This document shows, piece by piece, positions 27,431-37,136 of a stretch of 64,000 nt of DNA. The DNA lies in sequence record PV662128.1; one strand, 5' to 3'. Both the position numbers and the translations under genes were made by a program. The notes beneath the pieces are model-generated. The model did not search any database and had not been told where the DNA came from. It saw only the letters and a list, made by a program, of their open reading frames with translations. Each line of letters begins with the position of its first letter. The first letter of the stretch is position 1.

Positions 27431-27451
27431 ATTTTTATAAGTCGATATTAT
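27431..27451 (+). promoter_or_regulatory. Putative early/middle promoter of the glycine-zipper cassette
   Basis: atttttataagtcgATATTAT, similar to the element upstream of tnpB. Confidence 0.45.
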
Positions 27452-27503
27452 TCAGGTGTATAAACAACGAGTATTTAATTCTTATTCACTAAAGAGGTTC
27501 AAA

Positions 27504-28076
27504 ATGGAAATTCGTAAAGACATGATCAATGAAATCGCCGCTCGTATCATCTCTGGTTGCAACGACGTGGAAGCCAGTGTCCGCGAAAAGCTGCTGCGTA
27601 ATTTGGTTAATGGTGAGATCTGGCAGTTCGAGCTCAATGAAACTGAGCAAGCGGAACTGATCGCGATCGTAAGCAAAGAGTTCGGTATTTCCGATCTGGC
27701 CTACGTCGAACCTCAGAAAAACATTTCTGAAGAAGACGTCGCCAAAGTCGCTGCCAGTGTTAACGGACATGTCGAACACAAATATCTGAATCTACGAAAT
27801 GCGATGGCAGTCGGCGCAGTACTCGGTGCCGGCGCAGCCATCTTAAAAGAAGGTGCGAACGTGATTAATGCCGGCGCTGGTGTGGTCGGCGCTGCTGTTT
27901 CTTACGGCGTGGGATATCTGGCTGACAAGAAACAAATCGGCATGGGTAATCAGTACGCTGATGTCGCGGCAGGTATTGTGGCCGGCGGTGTTATCGGCGG
28001 CGGTGCTGTATTTGGCGCGGGCTTTGTCGCCAAACGCTTCTTCAGCGATGAAGAAGTTGAAGTTGTTGCAGAGTAG
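27504..28076 (+). CDS. Glycine-zipper membrane protein 1
   Basis: ATG 27504 follows GAGG (track start 27456). Soluble N-terminal domain, three hydrophobic GxxxG-rich helices and an acidic tail. Confidence 0.75.
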   Translation: MEIRKDMINEIAARIISGCNDVEASVREKLLRNLVNGEIWQFELNETEQAELIAIVSKEFGISDLAYVEPQKNISEEDVAKVAASVNGHVEHKYLNLRNAMAVGAVLGAGAAILKEGANVINAGAGVVGAAVSYGVGYLADKKQIGMGNQYADVAAGIVAGGVIGGGAVFGAGFVAKRFFSDEEVEVVAE

Positions 28077-28139
28077 TAAACGTATCTGAAATTTCAGGTA
28101 CATCTTAAATTAAACTATCAATAGTAAGGAAATACGATC

Positions 28140-28532
28140 ATGAAAAAAGAAAACATTGAACTGACTGGCGCTGAACTCGACGAAGCTAAAGCAATGCTGG
28201 CTGTTGATGCAGAAACTTCTCTGTTCGACGACATCTGTGAAAGACTCGGTGGTTACGTAGCTACCGACAAACAGAAAAGTCACGTGAAAGCCGCAGTAAT
28301 CGGTGGTGTTATCGGCACTGCCCTGAGTATGGCGACCAAACCATCTGTCGGCACGCTGATCGGTGGCGTGGTTGGTACCGCGGGCGGCGCTTATGTAGGT
28401 AGTCGTCTCGCTGATGATCTGAGCAATCAGTTCATTGACAAACTACTCACCGCCGATATCGGCTTCGTATGCAGCGCTATCGGCGCATCCATCGGTGGCG
28501 CGTTAACCCCGAGCAAAGTCGAAGCGGACTAA
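28140..28532 (+). CDS. Glycine-zipper membrane protein 2
   Basis: AAGGA RBS; VIGGVIGTAL / LIGGVVGTAGGAYVGSRLAD / ADIGFVCSAIGASIGG helices. Confidence 0.75.
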   Translation: MKKENIELTGAELDEAKAMLAVDAETSLFDDICERLGGYVATDKQKSHVKAAVIGGVIGTALSMATKPSVGTLIGGVVGTAGGAYVGSRLADDLSNQFIDKLLTADIGFVCSAIGASIGGALTPSKVEAD

Positions 28533-28600
28533 ATCATCCAGTTCGTTTCACCATCGTTAAATTTTAGGCAACTCAACATCAAAACGTAAGAGGTAATATC

Positions 28601-28996
28601 ATGGATATGGCAAACAAACCTGCAGTTAACAAAGCTCCCTTGTCAGAAGAAGAAATTCTGAAAATGCTGGCTGGTCACAAATCCACCGATGCCAACTATC
28701 GAGTTGGTCGAATCGCTGGTGTGCTGGGCGCAGTCGTCGGCGGTGCGCATCGCACTGTCACTCAAGGCATCAAACCATCAACTGTCGTCGGCGCAGTCGT
28801 CGGCGGATTAGTTGGATACAAAACCGGCAAGCTTGCGGATGGCTTCAGTGGCCTGACGGGAACGCATTCCCCGATCGCAGATGTCGGCGCATTCACAGCA
28901 GGTTACGGCGTGACTCTGGGCATGAGCGCCCTGGCAGCCACCTTCGATCAGTACATCACACCGCTGTACGAATCAGAAGAAGAAACCGAAGAATAA
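28601..28996 (+). CDS. Glycine-zipper membrane protein 3
   Basis: GAGGT RBS; IAGVLGAVVGG / VVGAVVGGLVGYKTGKLAD / ADVGAFTAGYG helices; acidic tail. Confidence 0.75.
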   Translation: MDMANKPAVNKAPLSEEEILKMLAGHKSTDANYRVGRIAGVLGAVVGGAHRTVTQGIKPSTVVGAVVGGLVGYKTGKLADGFSGLTGTHSPIADVGAFTAGYGVTLGMSALAATFDQYITPLYESEEETEE

Positions 28997-29002
28997 GAAA
29001 GT

Positions 29003-29034
29003 TAACTCCTCTACCCGTAAGGGTAGAGGAGTTA
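29003..29034. terminator. Bidirectional terminator between convergent genes
   Basis: TAACTCCTCTACCC-GTAA-GGGTAGAGGAGTTA (GNRA loop) followed by a T-run. Confidence 0.8.
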
Positions 29035-29053
29035 CTTAATTACTTATTTTTTT

Positions 29054-32017
29054 TTATTCTGGAAGGGTATCGTCAACTTGGAAGTCGTCTTTCTTATTGG
29101 CGTCTTCTTCTGTCGTTGTTTCTTCCTCGGTCTGGTTTTCTTCTTCGGAAGTGTCTGTTTCTGTCTGTTCTTCCTCAGTTGTTTCCTCTTCCCCAGGCAA
29201 ATCTTCCTCTATCGAGAAATCGTCGTCTGTCTGAGTTTCCTCTCCAGAGGTATCCTCTTCAAGAGGTGGCGTACCGAACTCATCCGCCGGAGGTTCTTCC
29301 GCAGGCATGATCTTCTCTAAACGTTTAGCCAGTCGATCTGTCTCTTTATTCCAGACCTTCATGAATTGTTCTAAGAACATCCCACTGTTGTCTACATACT
29401 GAGATATGTTGTGGATTAACGAATAGATCCCTCCCTCTTTGCCCTTGTTACCGATAAGATCGAACGGCATAGGGAGGTTGAATCGGTCATAGAGTTCGAT
29501 CAGATAAGTACTTTTGATAATGGATTTGGATTTTTCAATATCCAGCCCACCGTTAGCATCAACCTTGTTCATGATCATTTCAATCAGGCCTGACGTACCT
29601 GACATTTCAACCCACGCGTTTACAAACTGATTGACCGTATCGATTTTATCTTTCAGTTTAGTTACCGATTCCTGAGTAGCCGGCGTCGGTAAGGTCACGG
29701 TGAGGTTATTGATAAAGTCAGCCAAGATAACTTCAACGATGTGCTCGTTCGTTCCCTCTATTTCCTCCCCAGCATCGGGTTTCCATAGCGACTTGTTCTC
29801 GTTAATGGTATCGACCAAACGATTCAACATAACCTGGTTAACCAACATATCCTTACGTTCGATCTCAGCAACAAAGTCGCCTAATACCTTCTGCCAAATC
29901 AACGTTTGGTTGCGGAGCATTTCCTGCTCAGCCAATGCTTCGACCTGGAAGTTGGTTCCTTCCTCTTTATCGTCCAACCAAGTACGCTGGAGTTTAAAGG
30001 TGGAGGCGATGTTGTTGAGGAGGTTCTGTCTGGAGGTTTCGTCGATAGCTTTAAAGTTACCACGCTCGACCGGCTCCAGAGTTATCTTAGGCCCGACCAT
30101 CCACGGGTTACCGTTACTATTAACCTCAACGATCAAGGATTGCGTCTTCATGGCCTCAACGATATCTGGGACTGAAACAGTACCAGAGTTTACCACGTTG
30201 TGAAGTGTTGGGTTTACCCTGAAGAACTGAGCCCTGGCCATAGCAATGGTGCCGTCCGGATCAACATCGTCTTCTTCCAGATCAACCACTAAACGCTGAC
30301 GAGTTTGAGCCTGATCCAAGTTAGCCAGAATGTCAGCAGTATCCAATGCCGCCAACCGACCGATATGGAGTTTAGCTTGATTAGTTAAAGAAGAACCAAT
30401 ACCAAAGCTATTGTAGTCAAACGCAACGTAGGTGAAATACTCAGCCGGAATGTAAAGCACCCGAACACCCTGTTGCTTGAAAGAACGAGCCAGAAAGATC
30501 TTCAGGTTAGCTTCAACCAATTCGACAGAAATATTTTTCCCACTCACCCCGGAAGCAATTGCTTGGATAAGGGATTTCTCTAACTGATCTTTGGCTAACA
30601 GGGCGAATTCGGACATATCGAAATCACAGTCCGTGCCCTGCTGAACTTTCTTCAGGTTAGCGATAAGTGCGTTGGTTCCGCCCGTTTTATTGGGTGTATC
30701 GATCTTATCTTTCTGACCCTTAGAAGACTGATAGAAGTTAAAGTCCCTTGTGCTTTTTAAGAACTCCCCATTGGACGGATCAAGCAAAGCGAACCCACCA
30801 ATCAGCTTAGTCCGATCACCTTCCATATGAACGGGAATAAAGGCTTCACTCGGAATATGATACCGTAACGGAATTCCATAAACCGAGGTGTCGTAAACCC
30901 CTGGGCTGCGAACACTGATGGTTTGACGATGCGGGTAACTACGGTGCGGATAAAACTCATTCTGAAGAACCTCCAGTTGGCTTTCCGGCAAGAGCTGAGT
31001 TTTAGTATCAGCGTTAGGCGTCCCGTTCTTACGTTTAGCCTTAGTGTCGTCAGGCTCTTTATTCGACTTCTTAGGATCTTCTTTCTTATCCTTGGTCGAC
31101 GGACCCTCTTCTTCCTCTCCCTCGCCTTTTTTCTCCAGGCGAGATTTAATAAGGGAAGCGAGATCTTCCGTCCCGCCAATGTCGTTAACGATCTTCTTCG
31201 TTAAAGCCTGATTTACGGAACGAAGGGCTAACACCGCTGGGTTATCGGTCAGTGTGATACCAAAACCTTCTCCTTCGTCATTCTCGATTAATTCGAATTC
31301 AGTAGAGGTATCTGGCGTGGTGTGGCTAAACAAAGCCTCTAACCCATGAACGACGTTATTGAGCTGTTTAGGACCCCTCACTAATCCTTTATTGATGGCG
31401 AGAAACTTACCGTTAGCATTTTTAAATTGCTTCTCGATCTCTGGTCTTATCTGAGTGTTAATGTAACTTTCGTTACCTGTCACTCCGTCTTCTCCAAACT
31501 GCTGACCGTTGATAAGGTGATCCAACGCAGGTCTAGAGATGTTCAAAAGCACGTAGGACCCTGTGCCGAACAACCCATCTTTGATGAACTCCGGTAACAG
31601 CCTCTCGATTTTATAGTCGCTGGTATAGTAGGTTTCCGTCTTACGGAGCAACTCTTCATGCAGCTTAGTATTTTTAAATTGAGACCGCAAAGTATCGTGA
31701 GTAAGGATCCTTTCCTGTAAACCGTTCGGGTAGAGGAGAAGCGTCTTCCAGATTAATTCCGCCCGCGAAACATAAGGTGTGATTTCCCTTAAGTCAGTTG
31801 CCGCATTGATATTGCTGGCAATGATATCGCTGATCTTTTTTAATTTGGAAGGTTGGACTTTACGTTCTTTCTCATCCGTATTTCTGGTATGATCTCTCTC
31901 GTCCCGAACGAGGTTCCGAACGACGCTTTTTAACGAGGGGCTGATATTATTTAAATTACCCCTGAGTTTGGTTTGATCGAGGTAATCATATCCTCGGGTT
32001 GAACGCGTTCTATTCAT
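29054..32017 (-). CDS. Probable portal protein (phiKZ gp129 / SPN3US gp81-like)
   Basis: 987 aa, divergent from the baseplate gene as in phiKZ-like genomes. Contains YIPAEYFTYVAFDYNSFGIG, G-x-E motifs (TGNE, HGLE, GGTE) and an acidic C-terminal tail. Confidence 0.65.
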   Translation of the reverse strand: MNRTRSTRGYDYLDQTKLRGNLNNISPSLKSVVRNLVRDERDHTRNTDEKERKVQPSKLKKISDIIASNINAATDLREITPYVSRAELIWKTLLLYPNGLQERILTHDTLRSQFKNTKLHEELLRKTETYYTSDYKIERLLPEFIKDGLFGTGSYVLLNISRPALDHLINGQQFGEDGVTGNESYINTQIRPEIEKQFKNANGKFLAINKGLVRGPKQLNNVVHGLEALFSHTTPDTSTEFELIENDEGEGFGITLTDNPAVLALRSVNQALTKKIVNDIGGTEDLASLIKSRLEKKGEGEEEEGPSTKDKKEDPKKSNKEPDDTKAKRKNGTPNADTKTQLLPESQLEVLQNEFYPHRSYPHRQTISVRSPGVYDTSVYGIPLRYHIPSEAFIPVHMEGDRTKLIGGFALLDPSNGEFLKSTRDFNFYQSSKGQKDKIDTPNKTGGTNALIANLKKVQQGTDCDFDMSEFALLAKDQLEKSLIQAIASGVSGKNISVELVEANLKIFLARSFKQQGVRVLYIPAEYFTYVAFDYNSFGIGSSLTNQAKLHIGRLAALDTADILANLDQAQTRQRLVVDLEEDDVDPDGTIAMARAQFFRVNPTLHNVVNSGTVSVPDIVEAMKTQSLIVEVNSNGNPWMVGPKITLEPVERGNFKAIDETSRQNLLNNIASTFKLQRTWLDDKEEGTNFQVEALAEQEMLRNQTLIWQKVLGDFVAEIERKDMLVNQVMLNRLVDTINENKSLWKPDAGEEIEGTNEHIVEVILADFINNLTVTLPTPATQESVTKLKDKIDTVNQFVNAWVEMSGTSGLIEMIMNKVDANGGLDIEKSKSIIKSTYLIELYDRFNLPMPFDLIGNKGKEGGIYSLIHNISQYVDNSGMFLEQFMKVWNKETDRLAKRLEKIMPAEEPPADEFGTPPLEEDTSGEETQTDDDFSIEEDLPGEEETTEEEQTETDTSEEENQTEEETTTEEDANKKDDFQVDDTLPE

Positions 32018-32042
32018 AAATGTAGACTCTTAGAGAAGACTC

Positions 32043-34130
32043 ATGGAAAATATTGATTTTAATGCGTATGTGGCGGATACGATAAGTTTGGTCAGAACCA
32101 TGGTCGTCAAATGTGAAGCCATAGCGACTATAGATAACTCGTTGCTGACCTCCGCCGGTTACACCGTCAGTGACGATAAGCGCACTTGGCGATACTACCT
32201 TAACTTAAACGGCCAATATCACGCTGCTGATGTAAAGATGTACGTGTCCTCATTGGATACGGGTGAAGAGATTCTTTTTAGTAAAGAATCCTTAGAGGAA
32301 CACCTTATTACTAAAAAGGCGTATCTTTCTTCTGGTTATTGGTATAACCGATTGGTGACTGATTATCCCGCTCAACGAGAGCTAATAAATGGGATATTGG
32401 ATCCTATCGCGTTAGATGACGCCATTGGAGCCAAGAACTATAAAATCCTTCGGTATAACGAAGACTTGGTATTGTGGAATGAAGATCAGGTTATTCCGAG
32501 ACTCCAGGATTGGATTGACGCGTTCTGTCATCAGCATTTCGGGACGGAATACTTCTACACAGATAACTTAATGCTTCCAGTAGTATTGGCTACGCTGTAC
32601 GGATTAATGCCAGGGGCGTTAATGACAATCCGTGAAGAGGCCATAGGGACGAGATACGTCCACGACTTCCATATCTGGGGCCGGTTAAATTCCTACGGTG
32701 ATTTCACTCAGTATAAAAATGTATTAAACGGGATCCAAACTCTTTGGCTTTATCGCAACATTGAATGGTTGGCGGATAATGCCGGGAAAAACTACACTCT
32801 TGGTTTGCTTATTCAAAATCTGCTGACCATAAGAGGGATACCCATTGCTGAGTTCGAGGTAACTTACAATACTGAAAATCAAATTGAAGATCTATCTCCA
32901 ACAGTCGCCTTCATTAAAAACAACTTAAACTTACTCGATCGATATACCGATAAACACAAGATTTATACTGCGGAAGAAATCATCGATAAAGAATCTCTTT
33001 TGGCTAAGGATAACCCGGCCCAACAAGAAATATATCTGGACGATATCAAAGCCAAAGGTAAGTTTGCGTTATTCTCCAGCATCCCGTCTAAGTTACTGGA
33101 ATCGGAAATGGAGGACTACACCACTCGTCACGCTATTACGCTGATGAACTCCGCATACCACCATTGGGTTTATCTTGTTAAGAACAGTCACTATAACGCG
33201 GTTATTGACGTTCCTAACCCTAAAGAGGCGACCACCTTCAGATTGACAGTTAAAGAAGGCCTGATACTCTGGACGTATCTGACCGGAAGGATACGCGGCG
33301 AGGATCTTTCTTTAATGGAAGGTGTTTTTTATCAGAACGTATTAAAGATCACCCCACCCACTTATTCCGAGTTAAGGGAAAGGGGGTCTGATTTCTTTTT
33401 ATACGATTACCAGATAAAAGACGCTATCAAACTTCACGTCCCGTACGAAAAGATAATTTCTACCGACGCTTTTTATCAAAAAGCAAAAGAGAATTATTTG
33501 CTGGCTTGGAAATACCAAAAGTTCTACGCTCAGTACCACGATCAGTTCCGTCAAGCGGTAGTTAAAAACGTAACGGACTCTTTCTTTGAGCGGGGCAAAT
33601 GGGACATCAAAAGCGAAGTAATATCTTTTGATACCTGGCTGGCTAATAAGGAATTGGATTTCTCAAATTATACTGACGATGAGTTATTAGGGTTAGCTTG
33701 GGATACGTTCTCGTTAGCAACTGGGTGGGATAGTTCAAACGTAACGTTACGCACGCTGCAATCTAGTCTTATTAAACTGATGCTGGAGCTTTCTAGCTAC
33801 ACCATTCACGTTTACACGACTATTGACGACGGTAATAATACTATTGAAGCAGGTTCCCGTATAGATTTGGGTATCCGTAAAGATTCCTTCACTTCTACTA
33901 TGGACAGTAGAGCGGTTCTGCTTCCGGCCATGTTGCACGTCGTCCCTAATATCGATATGAAAGGGAAAACAACATCTATCGTTGATTTTAATACTTACGG
34001 TGGTGTTGACACAGGGTCTGTTGGCGAAGCCACGTTACCTCTCGATCCCGAGTTAGTAGAGAATACAACAAGGAAATCCTCTTCCTACGGATTACTCCCC
34101 ATGTTCTTTACACTCACTAACTCGGAATGA
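32043..34130 (+). CDS. Baseplate wedge-like virion protein (phiKZ gp128-like)
   Basis: 695 aa. The WRYYLNLNGQYH and WLYRNIEWL...AGKN motifs are typical of this conserved jumbo-phage protein. Confidence 0.65.
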   Translation: MENIDFNAYVADTISLVRTMVVKCEAIATIDNSLLTSAGYTVSDDKRTWRYYLNLNGQYHAADVKMYVSSLDTGEEILFSKESLEEHLITKKAYLSSGYWYNRLVTDYPAQRELINGILDPIALDDAIGAKNYKILRYNEDLVLWNEDQVIPRLQDWIDAFCHQHFGTEYFYTDNLMLPVVLATLYGLMPGALMTIREEAIGTRYVHDFHIWGRLNSYGDFTQYKNVLNGIQTLWLYRNIEWLADNAGKNYTLGLLIQNLLTIRGIPIAEFEVTYNTENQIEDLSPTVAFIKNNLNLLDRYTDKHKIYTAEEIIDKESLLAKDNPAQQEIYLDDIKAKGKFALFSSIPSKLLESEMEDYTTRHAITLMNSAYHHWVYLVKNSHYNAVIDVPNPKEATTFRLTVKEGLILWTYLTGRIRGEDLSLMEGVFYQNVLKITPPTYSELRERGSDFFLYDYQIKDAIKLHVPYEKIISTDAFYQKAKENYLLAWKYQKFYAQYHDQFRQAVVKNVTDSFFERGKWDIKSEVISFDTWLANKELDFSNYTDDELLGLAWDTFSLATGWDSSNVTLRTLQSSLIKLMLELSSYTIHVYTTIDDGNNTIEAGSRIDLGIRKDSFTSTMDSRAVLLPAMLHVVPNIDMKGKTTSIVDFNTYGGVDTGSVGEATLPLDPELVENTTRKSSSYGLLPMFFTLTNSE

Positions 34131-34543
34131 TAAAAATGACTAATACACAGCAATGGCCTATCAATCTCGTTAAAAACGAATACTTCAAAGACAACGGAAT
34201 ACGTGGAGAAAGGTTACAGCAACTCATCTCCTTTATTCCGTTAGGCAGGACCGAAGAAGGTAATTATCTTTATGAAGTCACTAAATCAGGAAGCCGCCCG
34301 AATACTGAACAGTGGGAATTAGAACGATACGATCTTTCTTTTATCTCAAGAAAAGATCTGATAAGTGACAGCGAAACCGTAAATCATTTGAACGCACTAA
34401 TCCCTTTTATTAGTAAGGCGACGGGTTATCACTTATTACCGGGCGACATCGGCGCCGTGACCTTTCATAAAACATACTGGATTATCGACGTAGCGAGAGA
34501 CTCGTTGAGATTCACCGGCTCTTTCTCAATCATGAAGAAATAA
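34127..34543 (+). CDS. Small putative virion protein (S-x-x-F-x-G-S family)
   Basis: 138 aa with a C-terminal SLRFTGSFSI motif. Confidence 0.55.
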   Translation: MIKMTNTQQWPINLVKNEYFKDNGIRGERLQQLISFIPLGRTEEGNYLYEVTKSGSRPNTEQWELERYDLSFISRKDLISDSETVNHLNALIPFISKATGYHLLPGDIGAVTFHKTYWIIDVARDSLRFTGSFSIMKK

Positions 34544-34554
34544 GGATTTATTCA

Positions 34555-35460
34555 ATGGCAACTGACACTCAACAATCTTCCAACTCCAGACTGCCCAGTC
34601 AGATTGTTACCGCAACAGCATTTGGTGTGAAGATCGCGATCGCCGCTATTACCAAACAAAACGTTGAAGTCGAACAATACACCACGCTCAACGAAATACA
34701 TTCCGTCCTGGCCGATGAAAGTTTGGGTGTAAAAGCCGGTTCTGACTTTACCCTGAAGTATTATGGGTTGGGTGTTAAGGGCTCTCAATTCATTGGTAAC
34801 GACGCCAACGGCATCGCCCGTATGTTGGTTAACCAACATCAGCCGATCGACTGTAACGCGTTCTATCCCATCCCACTGGTCGTAAGAGAGCTCTCTGATG
34901 ACCTCACCGCGGATCAACGTGCTAACTACCGTATGCGTGTTGTTTTTACTAAAGATAGTGTGACTTACGTCGCTTACTATCTGCGGGTTATCAGTTTTGC
35001 GGCGTTCAGTCCGTCGATTGTAAAAATCACGAAGGATCCTACAACGGGTAACGAAGATCCCGATATTTACGTTCCGACTTCCGATTATCAGCACCCGACT
35101 CCAATCAAGCCTAACAGCGACGGCACTGTTCCGCTTTCCAATCAGTATGTTTCGGCAACTGGTAAACTGGATCTCAGTATCGACGCATCAGGGCTGGCTG
35201 AACTTCGCAATGCCTGCTCGATCATGTTTGGTGATGAGTCTTACGCCGCAGCAAACGAGTATTACGTTTGCACCGGTATCGACACTCCGAGCTCTGGTCA
35301 GACGTCTGGTTCCATTAACGTTTCGTATATCGAAGCGGTCAGCGCGATCATCGCTTACTTCATTACGGAAACTCATCCTCGCGATGCTAATGCGAACGGC
35401 GCAATTGAAATGTTCTTCGATATCGGAGCAAGCGCCCCGTTGTTGCTGGCTTCTAGCTAA
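34555..35460 (+). CDS. Virion structural protein (baseplate-associated, phiKZ gp139-like)
   Basis: 301 aa with YTTLNE, HQPIDCNAFYPIPLVVR and AYYLRVI motifs, and high-expression codons. Confidence 0.55.
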   Translation: MATDTQQSSNSRLPSQIVTATAFGVKIAIAAITKQNVEVEQYTTLNEIHSVLADESLGVKAGSDFTLKYYGLGVKGSQFIGNDANGIARMLVNQHQPIDCNAFYPIPLVVRELSDDLTADQRANYRMRVVFTKDSVTYVAYYLRVISFAAFSPSIVKITKDPTTGNEDPDIYVPTSDYQHPTPIKPNSDGTVPLSNQYVSATGKLDLSIDASGLAELRNACSIMFGDESYAAANEYYVCTGIDTPSSGQTSGSINVSYIEAVSAIIAYFITETHPRDANANGAIEMFFDIGASAPLLLASS

Positions 35461-35471
35461 GGAGAAACATC

Positions 35472-36119
35472 ATGCTCTTTAAAGAGTTATCTCCTACCGG
35501 GGGAGTCCTTCAACTCCCTAAGCTATCTGTCGGTAAATTATCCACTGACTACTTTGAGACCATTACCGATTTTTATGAAGTCGTTCTGGATCAAAGTGTT
35601 TATAAAGTTTCCCAGGTTTATCTCGGTAGTGACGGCAAACCTAAACTCGAACTCGTTCCCAATGAAATTAATGTGTTTAACGACATACTTTATTTCACCG
35701 GTAAAGGGGTGACGGGATTAACCTCTCAAGATGTCGTTACAACTATCGCTAACCCCATGCAGACCGTTGCTGATGCGTTCTTGGATCAGTCCCCTGTTTG
35801 GGTGCCGGCTATAGAAGAGATGCATTTCTTTTCTAATCTCGAACTCAATACGCCACGTGACATTTTTACCGTGACCGATCAATATCCTCGTAAACTTGCT
35901 AATTTGTTGAGTGGGGGAAGGAATCACGTGAAGTGGGGTGTGGGGTCTTTGAACGAGTATTCCACTGCGGGATTCTCTTTACTGTATTACGGTGATGTGA
36001 GTAACGCGCCATCGTCTTACGCTTATCCGCCTGCCGCTAAGACAATCGCTATTGTTTCGCTTAATTCAGGTAATAACAAAGGAATGGTAATGCTGTGCTC
36101 GGACAAAAAGATCGAATAA
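35472..36119 (+). CDS. Hypothetical protein
   Basis: 215 aa with a GGAG RBS. Confidence 0.6.
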   Translation: MLFKELSPTGGVLQLPKLSVGKLSTDYFETITDFYEVVLDQSVYKVSQVYLGSDGKPKLELVPNEINVFNDILYFTGKGVTGLTSQDVVTTIANPMQTVADAFLDQSPVWVPAIEEMHFFSNLELNTPRDIFTVTDQYPRKLANLLSGGRNHVKWGVGSLNEYSTAGFSLLYYGDVSNAPSSYAYPPAAKTIAIVSLNSGNNKGMVMLCSDKKIE

Positions 36120-36694
36120 GAGAAAAAACGATTATTCGGATTATCGGGACCGACCCCAGTACAACGCACATGGGTAATGCCGTCATTGACGTCAACATTA
36201 CGGAAACACAAAAATTCCAATTACGTTACGTCAATACGGTTATCGGCGACAAGGTCGATTTTTACGAGAAGCTGAACTACACTGAGAGACCCGTTACCAA
36301 ACGCACATTGGGGATGTCAAGATCGTATAAGGATCTCTTAGAGATTTTTGAGCCTGACATCGCCATTTGCGAGGATAACTTCTTAGGGGCTTCTGCGGAT
36401 ACGTATAAACGATTAGTCGAAACCGTTTCTATGTTGCGCGATACTGTTAAAGAGCACAGTAAATCGCTGTTCTTTATGAGCGTTCTCCCTAATCTTGCTA
36501 AGGCTATCGTTGGTGCCAATTTTAAAGGTACCCAAAAAGAAGACGTGCTGAAGGGTTTAAAAAACTATCCACACTTAGATCTTAATGGGATTGACCTCGA
36601 TACCCTCGATGACCATAGCGTAGACAGTATCGTTATCGCGTTATATCTTTGTGAAATGGTCGCAAAAGACTATAAGGTATTTCCTCATGACTGA
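36095..36694 (+). CDS. ruvC: RuvC-like Holliday junction resolvase
   Basis: IIGTDPSTTHMG (catalytic Asp), AICED (Glu) and DDHSVDSIVIA (C-terminal Asp pair). Confidence 0.8.
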   Translation: MLGQKDRIREKTIIRIIGTDPSTTHMGNAVIDVNITETQKFQLRYVNTVIGDKVDFYEKLNYTERPVTKRTLGMSRSYKDLLEIFEPDIAICEDNFLGASADTYKRLVETVSMLRDTVKEHSKSLFFMSVLPNLAKAIVGANFKGTQKEDVLKGLKNYPHLDLNGIDLDTLDDHSVDSIVIALYLCEMVAKDYKVFPHD

Positions 36695-37085
36695 AACTAA
36701 AGCGCCGGGGGATGAAACTACTGAAGAGGACCCGATACTCGAGGTCCAACATCCCCAGGGATTGGAGGGAAAGGTATTTGGTAAATGGACTGTGAGGCTG
36801 CGCAACATCTGTGGTGTGGTTGCGTGCCTTTCGGTTTGTTATAACGCCATCAATTATACCGATACCATAAAGAAAGCGGTTCTAGCAGGATATGGTTATC
36901 CTGACAGAACGAGTTTAGGTATCGTCTTCATCGGTCCGATCATCATCGCCCTTGTTTTCATGAATGCCAGCAAAATCCTGCAGGTTATCATGAAGATTCC
37001 TGGTATAGCGGAAAGGCTACGTAAAGGAACTATCGGGGCGCTGACTCGACCTGGAGATAATCCTCCGCCTCCACCACAAAACTAA
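36687..37085 (+). CDS. Two-TMD membrane protein, holin candidate
   Basis: ATG 36687 overlaps the ruvC stop. Two hydrophobic helices and a basic/Pro-rich tail; adjacent to the spanin candidates. Confidence 0.45.
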   Translation: MTETKAPGDETTEEDPILEVQHPQGLEGKVFGKWTVRLRNICGVVACLSVCYNAINYTDTIKKAVLAGYGYPDRTSLGIVFIGPIIIALVFMNASKILQVIMKIPGIAERLRKGTIGALTRPGDNPPPPPQN

Positions 37086-37090
37086 AAAGC

Positions 37091-37124
37091 TATACTCCTC
37101 CTACCCTAGGGTAGGAGGAGTATA
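37091..37124. terminator. Perfect 34-bp palindrome / bidirectional terminator
   Basis: TATACTCCTCCTACCCTAGGGTAGGAGGAGTATA is its own reverse complement and lies between convergent genes. Confidence 0.8.
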
Positions 37125-37136
37125 TTTATTTTATTA

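Noticed and set aside
29078-31204. Several plus-strand ORFs of 64-167 aa over the portal gene
   Set aside because: They are antisense to a 987-aa gene, largely mirror its low-complexity acidic and lysine-rich stretches, and have no RBS support.
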